A stretch of 64,000 bases of DNA from IMG/VR virus record IMGVR_UViG_3300025769_012879, positions 77,046 to 141,045 of that record; one strand, written 5' to 3'. A program made the position numbers and the translations under genes. The notes under the pieces are model-generated. The model searched no databases. It worked only from the letters and a program-made list of their open reading frames with translations, and was not told the origin of the DNA. Source of the DNA: a virus. Shown piece by piece: positions 1 through 9,685 of this stretch (positions are counted from its first letter, which is position 1; the number at the start of each line of letters is the position of its first letter).

Positions 1-1
1 T

Positions 2-532
2 GACAAATATGTCCTATTTGTTTCAGAAGATTCACTAGAACATGTAAAAGATAGACATATGGATGCCGATGCACCGGGATCTCTATTTAAAGATGATATT
101 GATCTAAAAGATACAATAAAAAATTTATTAAGCAAAGACCCTTCAGAAGAAGCAGGTGACAGAGTTAAATGGTTGGGTGTTGAAATGGATGAAGATATTG
201 GTGATATGGGTGTTAAATTAGACGATCCTGAAAAAGTCGCTGATATGAAAGATTATACAATGCCCGATGGAAGACAGGAAAATGTAAAAATTACTGCTGG
301 CGAAAGAGACTCCACCAACAAAATCACTTTAATTACATCAGAGTTGGGTGAATTAGACGACAAAAAAGTTTTATCTTTGATTACCGCTTTTCCAGGTGGG
401 ACTGATATAGACGGCAAAGAAATGCCAATGGATAGAAATCAGTTTGCTGAGGAAGGTTTTTACTTTGTTTTACCAGAAGGTAGTCCATTGTTGACTGATG
501 AAGAACCAGCAGATACCGAAGAAGAGGCATAA
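2..532 (+). CDS. 5'-truncated protein with possible BECR/EndoU-like RNase domain
   Basis: Frame is open from position 2 (DKYVLFVSEDSLEHVKDRHMDADAPGSLF). It has an HxxxRH motif and a later LITAFPG strand typical of BECR-fold toxin RNases. Confidence 0.4.
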   Translation, partial: DKYVLFVSEDSLEHVKDRHMDADAPGSLFKDDIDLKDTIKNLLSKDPSEEAGDRVKWLGVEMDEDIGDMGVKLDDPEKVADMKDYTMPDGRQENVKITAGERDSTNKITLITSELGELDDKKVLSLITAFPGGTDIDGKEMPMDRNQFAEEGFYFVLPEGSPLLTDEEPADTEEEA

Positions 533-936
533 TGAACTGGTTAATCACCAAACAAATCCTCCAAAAAGTTTGGTTTTACATTAAAAATTATTGGTGGGTT
601 GGAGCACTAATCGCATTAGGTTTTGTGCTCCACAAGTTTTTTCTATTTGATAAAGATGTTTTAGGTGGTCTTTACGAAGAGAAGGCAAAACAAAACGAAA
701 AAGAATTAAAAGTTATAAACGAAACTCACAAGCACGAAAGAGTAGAGAAAGAAAGAGCAACTGAAGATTTTAAGGTTGCTGTGGAAGCACTTGAAGAAGA
801 ACGAAAACAAGCAGGCGAAAAAGTCAAGAAAGAAGAGAAGAAAAGAATCAAAGAAATCGTTGCTATGCCTGAAGAGGAAAGAGTGTCTGCTCTTGCTGAT
901 GAGTTTGGTTTAGAGATTGTTGAGGTCGAAGAATGA
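532..936 (+). CDS. Membrane-anchored coiled-coil protein (possible i-spanin-like)
   Basis: N-terminal TM (YWWVGALIALGFVL) followed by a charged coiled coil; overlaps the next gene. Confidence 0.45.
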   Translation: MNWLITKQILQKVWFYIKNYWWVGALIALGFVLHKFFLFDKDVLGGLYEEKAKQNEKELKVINETHKHERVEKERATEDFKVAVEALEEERKQAGEKVKKEEKKRIKEIVAMPEEERVSALADEFGLEIVEVEE

Positions 937-1370
937 GAATCACAGCAATCATTTTACTAATAATTCTTTTACCAGCACTCTGTTTTGCTAATGGTAAAGT
1001 AGCAGCAATAAAGAAAGGGCAGAAAGCACCTTTCGACGGCATCTTACTAGATAAGAAAGCAGAAGCAACCATAACTGTCAAAAGAGAATCGGCAGTTAAA
1101 ATCTGCGAGATCGATAAGAACTACACGATTAAAAAATTAAAATCAGAGTGCGACTTTAATAAAAGAATCCTAACAATAGAAAAGGATTCAGATAAGAAAA
1201 AGCACAACGCTCTAATGAACCTCAAGAATGCCGAAGTTAAAAGATTAGAGATTGCCCTTAAAAAATCACAGAAACCAGATTATAGTAGATTATGGTTTGT
1301 TGGCGGTTTTGTAGCCGGTGTGGGTTTGTCCATCGGCATCTTCTATGCCGCCGCACAGGCGAGTAAATGA
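933..1370 (+). CDS. Secreted/membrane protein (possible spanin partner)
   Basis: Signal peptide, coiled coil and C-terminal TM. Confidence 0.45.
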   Translation: MRITAIILLIILLPALCFANGKVAAIKKGQKAPFDGILLDKKAEATITVKRESAVKICEIDKNYTIKKLKSECDFNKRILTIEKDSDKKKHNALMNLKNAEVKRLEIALKKSQKPDYSRLWFVGGFVAGVGLSIGIFYAAAQASK

Positions 1371-1735
1371 AAAAAGACCTAAACTACATCGCTGGATTAG
1401 AGAAGGCAATAAAACAAAAGTACGGTGAGGAAGCAGTTCAGAGTCCCTCTTCTAATTGGACGCCGGAAAAAGAAAAAGAATACCTTCAACAACTAAAAGA
1501 AAATAAGATTAAAGAATTGTCTGCCGATCGCGTTGAAGAGCGTGAGGGGTTTTTATTTTCTGCAAAACTAATTAAGAAGGATAGTAAGAATGTTTGTGAT
1601 GTATGCTCAAATATTCTAAAACAGCAGGACATGCTGTACGAAACAAAATACGAATGCTGTCGGAACTGTTATATACAATATGTAGAAGGCAGGGAAGAGA
1701 GATGGAAACAAGGTTGGAGACCAGATAATGTCTAA
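1367..1735 (+). CDS. Hypothetical Zn-finger protein
   Basis: CDVC...CCRNC; translationally coupled to its neighbours. Confidence 0.6.
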   Translation: MKKDLNYIAGLEKAIKQKYGEEAVQSPSSNWTPEKEKEYLQQLKENKIKELSADRVEEREGFLFSAKLIKKDSKNVCDVCSNILKQQDMLYETKYECCRNCYIQYVEGREERWKQGWRPDNV

Positions 1736-2219
1736 AGAAGCACTAGAAGTCCTAAGAGGAATTAGTCAAGCAATGGGTTATGCTTATGATGGCGGCGAAA
1801 AAATTGGATTACGCCGCGATGAAAAAGATATGATGCTACAATCCAGAGATGGTTGTATGGATGGTTTTGGCGTAAAGATGGCAGGCAATAAACTAATTGT
1901 CAATTACCACTCAGAAGCACCAATGCCAGAGGTACACAAGAAAGGACCAAGCGCTTTTGAGGCAGAAGTCGAGCAGAGATTTGCCAATATTGTTAAGTTT
2001 CTTAAGAAGCAGTATAAAAATGCAACAGGTAAGACCTTATCTCTAAATCCAGACGGTGATGCTGACGTTCTTTTACAGTACATGAATCGCAAGAGAAGTT
2101 GGATCCAAGCAACAAAGGTATACACTATTGGCGGTTTAGGTTCGGGTGTTGTTGAACCAGAGAAGAAACCATTCGATCCAATTAGAGATTTCTTAAAGAC
2201 ACATAAATACGGGAAGTAA
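1728..2219 (+). CDS. Hypothetical protein upstream of terminase
   Basis: 163-aa ORF coupled to the terminase (TAATG). Confidence 0.6.
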   Translation: MSKEALEVLRGISQAMGYAYDGGEKIGLRRDEKDMMLQSRDGCMDGFGVKMAGNKLIVNYHSEAPMPEVHKKGPSAFEAEVEQRFANIVKFLKKQYKNATGKTLSLNPDGDADVLLQYMNRKRSWIQATKVYTIGGLGSGVVEPEKKPFDPIRDFLKTHKYGK

Positions 2220-3808
2220 TGGCGCGTGGTTTAACCAAGACGCAGATAAAGAAAGAGATTATCGCCTGCGGTAAAGACCCAAACTACTTTATCAACAATT
2301 ACGGAAAGATTGCTCACCCAATGAAGGGAACAATTCCCTTCTCTATGTATCCTTTCCAAAAAGATGTTGTAAAAGATTTTCAAGATAATCGTTTCAATAT
2401 TATTCTAAAGGCAAGACAGTTGGGTCTCTCAACTGTTTCTGCTGTTTATATTGCGTGGTTTGTTCTATTCCATAAGAATAAAAATGTTGTCGTAATGGCA
2501 ACCAAACTATCAACCGCTGCAAACTTGGTTAGAAAGGTAAAGTTTGCTCTAAAAGCAATTCCTGAGTGGATGAAACTAACAGAGTTGGTAATTGATAACA
2601 AAAACTCTTTTGAGTTGTCCAATGGTTCACAAGTAAAAGCAATTTCAACATCAGGCGATGCTGGTCGTTCAGAAGCACTTTCTTTGCTTGTTATTGATGA
2701 GGCAGCGATCATTGAAGGTCTTGACGACTTGTGGGCAGGTTTGTATCCTACTCTATCAACTGGTGGTGATTGCATTATTATCTCAACTCCAAAGGGTGTT
2801 GGTAACCTTTATCACAAACTATATTCAGAAGCGGAGCAAGGTCTAAACGATTTTAATCCAATCAGTTTGCCATGGCATGTCCACCCAGACAGAGATCAAG
2901 CGTGGTTTGAAAAAGAAACTCGCAACATGTCTGCAAGAGAGATTGCACAGGAGTTAGAGTGTAACTTTAACATGTCCGGTGACACTCTCATCAATGGTAA
3001 GGATTTAGTTCGTATTGAAAATGAAGAATTGTTAGAACCAGAATACAAAACTGGATTTGATCGCAACCTGTGGATTTGGAAAAATGCAGAGGAAGGTAAA
3101 AAATATTTCATGGTTGCTGACGTTGCCCGTGGTGATGGTAAAGATAACTCTACCTTCTATGTGTTTGAATCCGATACTATGGAGATTTGCTGTGAATATC
3201 AAGGCAAATTACCACTTGATAGTTTTGCACGTATAATTTATGACACATCAAAGAGTTATGGTATGTGCATGACTGTTGTAGAGAATAACTCAGTTGGTAT
3301 GACCGTATTAACAAAATTAAAAGATTACGGTCACCCAAACATTTACCACTCAAAGAAGTCAACACACGAGTATGTTGAGACATCTTACACAGAACAAACA
3401 TCTGTGATTGCTGGTTTTTCCACCACAGTTAAAACCAGACCTATGATTATCGCTAAATTAGAAGAGTTTATTCGTAATAAGGTATTAAAGATTAGATCAA
3501 AAAGATTGTTTAACGAATTAAAAACATTTATTTGGAATAATGGCAAAGCAGAAGCGATGCGTTCATATAATGATGACTTAGTTATGGCGTGTGCTATTGG
3601 ATGTTGGGTAAGAGATACAGCATTAACTGCAAATCAACAAGAAATAGAGTATAAAAAATCTATGCTTTCTGCTATAATGACAAGCAATAAGTCATTAGAT
3701 ACTAGAATTGTTGGGATGGAAAGGAATCAGCAAGATAATTATATCTATGGTGGCAACGCAAAACAAAAAACAGTAAAGATACATAAACTACCGTTTTTTA
3801 TGAAATAG
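2219..3808 (+). CDS. terL: Terminase large subunit (T4 gp17-like)
   Basis: KARQLGLST Walker A, LLVIDEAA Walker B, STPKG, nuclease motifs ADVARG and DDLVMA. Confidence 0.95.
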   Translation: MARGLTKTQIKKEIIACGKDPNYFINNYGKIAHPMKGTIPFSMYPFQKDVVKDFQDNRFNIILKARQLGLSTVSAVYIAWFVLFHKNKNVVVMATKLSTAANLVRKVKFALKAIPEWMKLTELVIDNKNSFELSNGSQVKAISTSGDAGRSEALSLLVIDEAAIIEGLDDLWAGLYPTLSTGGDCIIISTPKGVGNLYHKLYSEAEQGLNDFNPISLPWHVHPDRDQAWFEKETRNMSAREIAQELECNFNMSGDTLINGKDLVRIENEELLEPEYKTGFDRNLWIWKNAEEGKKYFMVADVARGDGKDNSTFYVFESDTMEICCEYQGKLPLDSFARIIYDTSKSYGMCMTVVENNSVGMTVLTKLKDYGHPNIYHSKKSTHEYVETSYTEQTSVIAGFSTTVKTRPMIIAKLEEFIRNKVLKIRSKRLFNELKTFIWNNGKAEAMRSYNDDLVMACAIGCWVRDTALTANQQEIEYKKSMLSAIMTSNKSLDTRIVGMERNQQDNYIYGGNAKQKTVKIHKLPFFMK

Positions 3809-3818
3809 GAACTGACCA

Positions 3819-5798
3819 ATGGCAGACAATAAAAACAATCCAAGAAATCCAAACAGTCCTCTGTTCCAAAGACTAACAAGACTATTTTCCGGTCCAATTG
3901 TAAACTACAGAGCACAACAAGTAAGAAATAATCGAAAGTATTCAGTAGACAAGTATGGATCTAAATTTAGATCAGTGGGCGGTCAGTCATTTAAAAGAAA
4001 GTCATACAATCCATACGAATCAATCTCAACTGCGATGATGAACAACTATAATCGCGTTGAAAGGTACGCTGACTTTGATCAGATGGAATTTATGCCCGAG
4101 TTAGCATCTGCTTTAGATATTTATGCTGATGAAATCACAACACATTCTGAATTTCATAGATCATTAATTATTGACTGTCAAAATGAAGAAATTAAAGATA
4201 TATTAGAAACACTGTTTCACAAAGTTTTAAATATTGATGCTAACCTTTTTGGTTGGGTGCGCTCCATGTGCAAATACGGTGATTTCTTTGGATATCTAGA
4301 TATTGATGAGGAAATTGGTATCAAGTCATTTATTGGTCTCCCAGTAAGTGAAATTGAGAGAATGGAAGGCACTGATCAATCTAATCCAAATTACGTTCAA
4401 TACCAATGGAATACAGGTGGGTTAACATTTGAAAATTGGCAGATGGCGCACTTTAGAGTTTTAGGTAATGATAAGTATGTCCCATACGGTACATCTGTTT
4501 TAGATCCAGGTCGTAGAATCTGGAGGCAATTAACTCTTCTTGAAGATGCTATGATTGCGTACAGAGTTGTTCGCTCGCCATCAAGAAAACAATTTAAAAT
4601 TGATGTTGGTGGTATTCCACCAGAAGAAGTAGAGCAATACATGCAGAAAATCATCACTATGATGAAGCGCCACCAAGTTGTTGATGATACAAGTGGTAGA
4701 GTTGATTTACGTTACAATCCACTATCAATTGAAGAGGACTATTACATCCCAACAAGGAATGGACAAGCATCAGTAGATATTAGTCAAGTTCAAGGCGATA
4801 CTTGGGGAACTGCTATTGATGATATCAAATACCTACAAAACAAGTTGTTCGCTGCAATTAAAATTCCAATGTCTTACTTGATTCGAGGTGAAGGTGGAAC
4901 TGAAGAACAAGCAGCACTTTCTCAAAAAGATATTAGGTTTGCAAGAACAATTCAAAGAATTCAGAGGGCAGTTGTTGCAGAATTAGATAAAATGGCAACA
5001 ATTCACTTGTACACTCTTGGTTACAGAGGAAATGATTTAATAAACTTTAATATAAAGTTGCACAACCCATCCAGAATCGCTTCTATGCAGGAATTAGAAA
5101 CTTTGAAGAGTAAACTAGAGATTGCTTCAACTGCAAGGTCTGACGTGTATAGCAACCGCTGGATTGCAAAAAATATTTTAGGCATATCAGAACAGGAACT
5201 AATCAGAAACACAAGAGAGAAATTCCACGATAAGCAGATAGAAACAGCATTGGCAAAGATTGCAACCGAACAAGGTGAAGGACTTGCTGCTGAAACATTG
5301 ACCGGTGGTGGATTCGGCGGTGTTGGTGATATTGGACTAGGAGGCGATACTGAGGTTGGTGGAGAAATTGCTGCCCCCGAAACTGAAGTTACTGCTGGTT
5401 TAGAAACCGCACCAGAACCTGCTGCACCAGAACCTGCTACTCCAGCACCCGAACCAGAAGCAGGCGGCGGTGAAGACGTTCTATTAGCAACTCCAGAAGG
5501 TGGTGGCAAGAAACCAGATAAACCAGCAGCAATTTATACAGAATACGAAGATGGTTCCCACACGACCAAAGGTTCTAAAGGAAAAAAGTATTGGTCTGTT
5601 AAACATGACAAGCGAGAGAAAGCAGGTCGTAAAGAGTCCTGGGGTGCAACTAAACAAAGAAAACCACGCGATATTAATAAGGCATTATCAATAGGTACGC
5701 TTGTTAAAGAAAACAAATCTAATTATAGTGAAGAGTTTGAAAATAAAATGTCTTCATTGAATGAGGAAATGGATAGAATACTATCAGAGGATTTATAG
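3819..5798 (+). CDS. Portal protein (T4 gp20-like) with acidic Pro/Ala/Gly-rich C-terminal tail
   Basis: LLEDAMIAYRVVRSP, FKIDVG, EEDYYIP, DDIKYLQNKLFAAIKIP. Confidence 0.93.
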   Translation: MADNKNNPRNPNSPLFQRLTRLFSGPIVNYRAQQVRNNRKYSVDKYGSKFRSVGGQSFKRKSYNPYESISTAMMNNYNRVERYADFDQMEFMPELASALDIYADEITTHSEFHRSLIIDCQNEEIKDILETLFHKVLNIDANLFGWVRSMCKYGDFFGYLDIDEEIGIKSFIGLPVSEIERMEGTDQSNPNYVQYQWNTGGLTFENWQMAHFRVLGNDKYVPYGTSVLDPGRRIWRQLTLLEDAMIAYRVVRSPSRKQFKIDVGGIPPEEVEQYMQKIITMMKRHQVVDDTSGRVDLRYNPLSIEEDYYIPTRNGQASVDISQVQGDTWGTAIDDIKYLQNKLFAAIKIPMSYLIRGEGGTEEQAALSQKDIRFARTIQRIQRAVVAELDKMATIHLYTLGYRGNDLINFNIKLHNPSRIASMQELETLKSKLEIASTARSDVYSNRWIAKNILGISEQELIRNTREKFHDKQIETALAKIATEQGEGLAAETLTGGGFGGVGDIGLGGDTEVGGEIAAPETEVTAGLETAPEPAAPEPATPAPEPEAGGGEDVLLATPEGGGKKPDKPAAIYTEYEDGSHTTKGSKGKKYWSVKHDKREKAGRKESWGATKQRKPRDINKALSIGTLVKENKSNYSEEFENKMSSLNEEMDRILSEDL

Positions 5799-5799
5799 A

Positions 5800-6597
5800 A
5801 TGAATCATAATAAGAGAAGAAATACTGCATTTTTATATGAGGCACTAGTCAGAGAATTGACTAAAAGCGTTGTTGCAAAAGATAATGAAAGAAAATCTGC
5901 TGTAATGGCAGTAATAAAAGAGTTCTTTAACAACAACAGTGTGTTAAAGCAAGATTTAAATCTTTACAAAGAGATTGTAGAAACACGCGGAACAACTAAA
6001 GACGCAGCAGAGAAGATTATTGGATACGTTCGTAAAGAACGTGAGAGATTAAATGCTGAAAAGTTGTTTGAAGCACAGACACGTCTTATCAATAAGATTC
6101 ACAACAACTTGAGTGAAGATGTATTTTCTAACTTCGTGCCAAACTATAAAGCATTAGCAAGCGTTTATCAAATGTTTTCACCAAACACAAAGATTAAAAA
6201 CAAAGTTCTAATGGAAAATGTTGTTGTTCAATACATGTCTTCACTTCCTCAACAACTAAATGAAGAAAAAAAGATTAATAATGCAACAATGAGAATCTTC
6301 TCTTCTAAATTTAACAATCACTACAATGAACTTCTAGAGGAACAAAGAGTCTTATTGTCAAAGTATATCTCATCATTTGCAGACAATGGTCTTGAATTAA
6401 AGATGTACCTTAATGATGAATTGACAAGAATTAAAGAGGCAATTGGTAACGCAAAGTTTGAAGGCGAATTGCAGGAAAAAATTAATAAAGTGTCTTCTGT
6501 AATTGATGGATTTAAGGGCGAGTTAATCAATGAAGATATGCTTAAGCAAATTATGAAAATGCAACAACTTGTGAGTGAGATTGGAAACAATGATTAG
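5800..6597 (+). CDS. Conserved head-module hypothetical protein
   Basis: Probable start MNHNKRRNTAFLYEAL immediately after the portal stop. Confidence 0.7.
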   Translation: MNHNKRRNTAFLYEALVRELTKSVVAKDNERKSAVMAVIKEFFNNNSVLKQDLNLYKEIVETRGTTKDAAEKIIGYVRKERERLNAEKLFEAQTRLINKIHNNLSEDVFSNFVPNYKALASVYQMFSPNTKIKNKVLMENVVVQYMSSLPQQLNEEKKINNATMRIFSSKFNNHYNELLEEQRVLLSKYISSFADNGLELKMYLNDELTRIKEAIGNAKFEGELQEKINKVSSVIDGFKGELINEDMLKQIMKMQQLVSEIGNND

Positions 6598-7189
6598 TAT
6601 TGATGAAATCAAAGTTAAGATTGATGAGGAAAAACCAGATAAGATTACTATATCTGTTGTTGAACCACAACCAACATCAATTGATGTAAGTGTTGAACCC
6701 ATTCCATCACAACCAATTTCATTAGATATTCGACGAACATTAGATAATAATTACATTATTTATGATCACCCACTTTTTGATATTGTAATCAATCCAGACA
6801 AAAAGAAGATCATGACTTTTGTGAAAAAATTCTCTAAGACAGAAGCGTACCCTCACCAAGATTCATTTTTTAATTTTTTAAAGCATAGGGGTGTTATTTT
6901 GCCCGACACTGTTAAGGGTGGAAATATTTTTGGCAGCATTGAAGCAACTTATCCAGCAAATAAAAAAATTGATGTCATTAAAGTAGTTCTTTTAAATATT
7001 TTTATGTTCTTTAGAGAAGAGTTACCAGCGCTTAAGAAAGTGCTTGATTATGATTTTGAAGTTGATAAAATGCTTGTAGACCCAGACGCAGAGGACAGCA
7101 CAGAATACGGCGAAGTCCCACAGCAGAAAAAGAAAGGTACAATGGATCCTTTCTATACACAATACTACGGTTTACTTTACAGGATATAA
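6590..7189 (+). CDS. Hypothetical protein
   Basis: ORF in the head operon; start overlaps the previous gene. Confidence 0.65.
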   Translation: MISIDEIKVKIDEEKPDKITISVVEPQPTSIDVSVEPIPSQPISLDIRRTLDNNYIIYDHPLFDIVINPDKKKIMTFVKKFSKTEAYPHQDSFFNFLKHRGVILPDTVKGGNIFGSIEATYPANKKIDVIKVVLLNIFMFFREELPALKKVLDYDFEVDKMLVDPDAEDSTEYGEVPQQKKKGTMDPFYTQYYGLLYRI

Positions 7190-7486
7190 ATGTCTTTACT
7201 TTGGTTCGTATTAACGTGTTATGGTTTAACACAAATTTTGGTATATGGTTCAATTTTTAATGGTATAAGACCCAAATATGGTTTTTTAGGTGATTTACTA
7301 AAATGCCCCATGTGTACAGGATTTTGGGTTGGTGCATTAGTTTTTCTAATTTCGCCTTGTACTGAACTATTTACTTTTGAGTATAATATAATCAACATGC
7401 TTTTATGCGGTTGGTTGAGTTCAGGGACATCATATGTGCTCTGTACTGTTTTCGGAGACGAGGGAATAAATGTCAAAGGGAATTAA
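7190..7486 (+). CDS. DUF1360-like small membrane protein
   Basis: Hydrophobic, with LLKCPMCTGFWVG. Confidence 0.65.
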   Translation: MSLLWFVLTCYGLTQILVYGSIFNGIRPKYGFLGDLLKCPMCTGFWVGALVFLISPCTELFTFEYNIINMLLCGWLSSGTSYVLCTVFGDEGINVKGN

Positions 7487-7580
7487 CAATTACGTTGAAA
7501 CTAAGTGGATGCTCCAACCTCCACGCCTTTGCTGCAAGGGCAGTTGTATCGGGCGGGTGACGCCCGCAGGAGAATTTTGA
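7470..7580 (+). CDS. Unannotated 36-aa Cys-containing peptide
   Basis: MSKGINNYVETKWMLQPPRLCCKGSCIGRVTPAGEF. GGAG/GAGG lies upstream and the stop overlaps the next ATG (TGATG). Confidence 0.5.
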   Translation: MSKGINNYVETKWMLQPPRLCCKGSCIGRVTPAGEF

Positions 7581-7960
7581 TGAATCTAAGTGAGATTAAA
7601 AAGATGGTCATAACATCTCTCATTCAAGAGAGAGTTGGTTATTACGGTGCTATGGACGGTGATGCCGGTGGTGCTGCTGATACACCCGATATTCAGGGCA
7701 TTGTTGATGATGCTGAAAAAGAAATAAAGCAGATGATTGCCGCTCAAGGCAATATCATTGACGCTGTTGCAGCAGAGATCGCTGAAATCGCAGGACCTGC
7801 ATTGGTTCAGGCAGGCGTTCCAGGTGGAGATGTTGTTAAATTAGTATCAGACTTTTTAACTCACATGCATAGTGCAGTCGATGATGCAAAAAAGAAAAGA
7901 GAGCAAGTTGGCGCAGAACCATCCACACCAGAATTAAACACAAAAGTGGAGGACGAATAA
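7580..7960 (+). CDS. Hypothetical (putative internal head) protein
   Basis: AGGAG before ATG 7580; N-terminus MNLSEIKKMVITSLIQE. Confidence 0.65.
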   Translation: MNLSEIKKMVITSLIQERVGYYGAMDGDAGGAADTPDIQGIVDDAEKEIKQMIAAQGNIIDAVAAEIAEIAGPALVQAGVPGGDVVKLVSDFLTHMHSAVDDAKKKREQVGAEPSTPELNTKVEDE

Positions 7961-8575
7961 ATGTCTGACAAGGTATTATTAAGAGAATATTATGCCCTTT
8001 GTGAAGGTGGATACTGTCAAGATCTTTTAACTGAGGCAGAAAAGCAAGATATCAAAAAAAATAACGCTTGGTATCTAACTGGTATTTTACAAAAGGGTAA
8101 TACCAAAAACGGTAATGGTAGAAAGTATCCATCTCACGTTCTTGAAAGAGAGATGAAAAACTACGATATGCTTATCAAGCAGAAGAGAGCATTCGGTGAG
8201 TTGGACCACCCAGACACATCAGTTGTTGATTTAAAGAATGCATCGCACATGGTTACTCGTTATTGGATGGATGGTGATACCGTCATGGGTGCTATTAAGA
8301 TTTTAGATACTCCCTGTGGTGAGATCGTAAAAGGCATTGTTAAATCAGGTGGTCAAGTTGGTATTTCATCAAGAGGTCTTGGATCTGTTGTAAATGAGTC
8401 AAACGGTACAAGCATTGTTCAAGAAGATTTTACTTTAATCTGCTTTGATATTGTTGCTGATCCATCAACTCCAGGTGCATTCATGAACCCACAAAAAATT
8501 AGGGAGTCAAAAGAGTTAAAGGTTCACGATAAAGATTATCGTGTGAACTCATTACTAAACTCAATTTTGGATTAA
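7961..8575 (+). CDS. Prohead core protease (T4 gp21-like)
   Basis: NGNGRKY, GELDHP, GISSRGLGS, FDIVADPSTPGA. Confidence 0.95.
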   Translation: MSDKVLLREYYALCEGGYCQDLLTEAEKQDIKKNNAWYLTGILQKGNTKNGNGRKYPSHVLEREMKNYDMLIKQKRAFGELDHPDTSVVDLKNASHMVTRYWMDGDTVMGAIKILDTPCGEIVKGIVKSGGQVGISSRGLGSVVNESNGTSIVQEDFTLICFDIVADPSTPGAFMNPQKIRESKELKVHDKDYRVNSLLNSILD

Positions 8576-8576
8576 A

Positions 8577-8996
8577 ATGAAGAAAGAACAATTTAAGAAA
8601 ATGTTGAAACCCATTATCAAAGAGTGTATTCAAGAGGCACTAGTTGAGTCAAATTTAATTTCAGGAATCATCTCTGAGGTTGTAAAGGGAATGGGCGCTC
8701 AACCACAGCAGGCACAAATCACTGAGCAAAAGAAAAAATATGAGAGTGATGAAGATGCAAAGAAAAGACGCCAAGCAAAAGAGAAAAAGTTGAATAAAAC
8801 AAGAAAAACTCTTTTAGGCGCAATTAATAAAGATGCTTACGGTGGTGTTGATTTATTTGAAGGCACAACACCAATGCAAGAATCAAAATCAGGCGGTCCA
8901 GGCAGCGCACTTGCAGGTGTTGCACCAGATGATGCTGGTATTGATATTTCAGGAATTTTAAACATTGGCGGCGATAAGTGGTCAAAATTAATATGA
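8577..8996 (+). CDS. Hypothetical head-associated protein
   Basis: N-terminal helix LKPIIKECIQEALVE. Confidence 0.65.
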   Translation: MKKEQFKKMLKPIIKECIQEALVESNLISGIISEVVKGMGAQPQQAQITEQKKKYESDEDAKKRRQAKEKKLNKTRKTLLGAINKDAYGGVDLFEGTTPMQESKSGGPGSALAGVAPDDAGIDISGILNIGGDKWSKLI

Positions 8997-9003
8997 GGTT
9001 AAA

Positions 9004-9228
9004 ATGAGTGCAACTAACGTCCATGTGACAGCAAGAAGAAACGAATCAGGTGAAGCGCTAATCAAAAGATTTAGCAGAAAGGTAAAGAGAGAGGGGATTA
9101 TCGAAGAGTGCAAAAAAAGAATGTACTATGAAAAACCCTCTGTAAAAAGAAGAAGAGATAAGTTAAGAAGAAAAAGAGTTTTAAAGAAACTATTTATGAA
9201 ACAGAGCGGAGAGAAAGATGTCAGATAA
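9004..9228 (+). CDS. rpsU: Ribosomal protein bS21
   Basis: NESGEALIKRFSRKV...YYEKPSVKRRR is the bS21 signature. Confidence 0.9.
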   Translation: MSATNVHVTARRNESGEALIKRFSRKVKREGIIEECKKRMYYEKPSVKRRRDKLRRKRVLKKLFMKQSGEKDVR

Positions 9229-9685
9229 CGGAAACATCCAAGCAAATACAAGTTATGCAGATCAAAGATTTCAGTATAACAGTCCCGGTGTTGGCGCAGT
9301 TGGTCAATACCAGACCAGTGGTATTCCATATGCCACCGCATCTGTTCTTGTTCAGAGTATTCTGAATGGTGAAGGTGCCACAGAGGTCCCATTCCCATAT
9401 GTTACAAAGTTTGTAACAGTTGTAAATGAACACAGTGGTTCATCAGCAAAACTCAGAGTTGGTTTTAGCGCAGCAGGAATTACTGGATCGGGTGCTCCAT
9501 CTGGACATGGAGACAATTACTTTATATTAGATAACGGTGAATCATACACTGGTGAATTTAGAGTATCAAAAGTTTTTATTGCAGGTGATTCATCTGCAAC
9601 AACCGCTTCTGTAATTGCTGGCATGACTGGCATTCCATCAACCAAACTAAAAACTAACTGGTCAGGAACCTCTGGAGTAGGTTAA
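9218..9685 (+). CDS. Putative virion (decoration) protein
   Basis: Gly/Ser/Thr-rich beta protein; late motif at 9189. Confidence 0.6.
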   Translation: MSDNGNIQANTSYADQRFQYNSPGVGAVGQYQTSGIPYATASVLVQSILNGEGATEVPFPYVTKFVTVVNEHSGSSAKLRVGFSAAGITGSGAPSGHGDNYFILDNGESYTGEFRVSKVFIAGDSSATTASVIAGMTGIPSTKLKTNWSGTSGVG

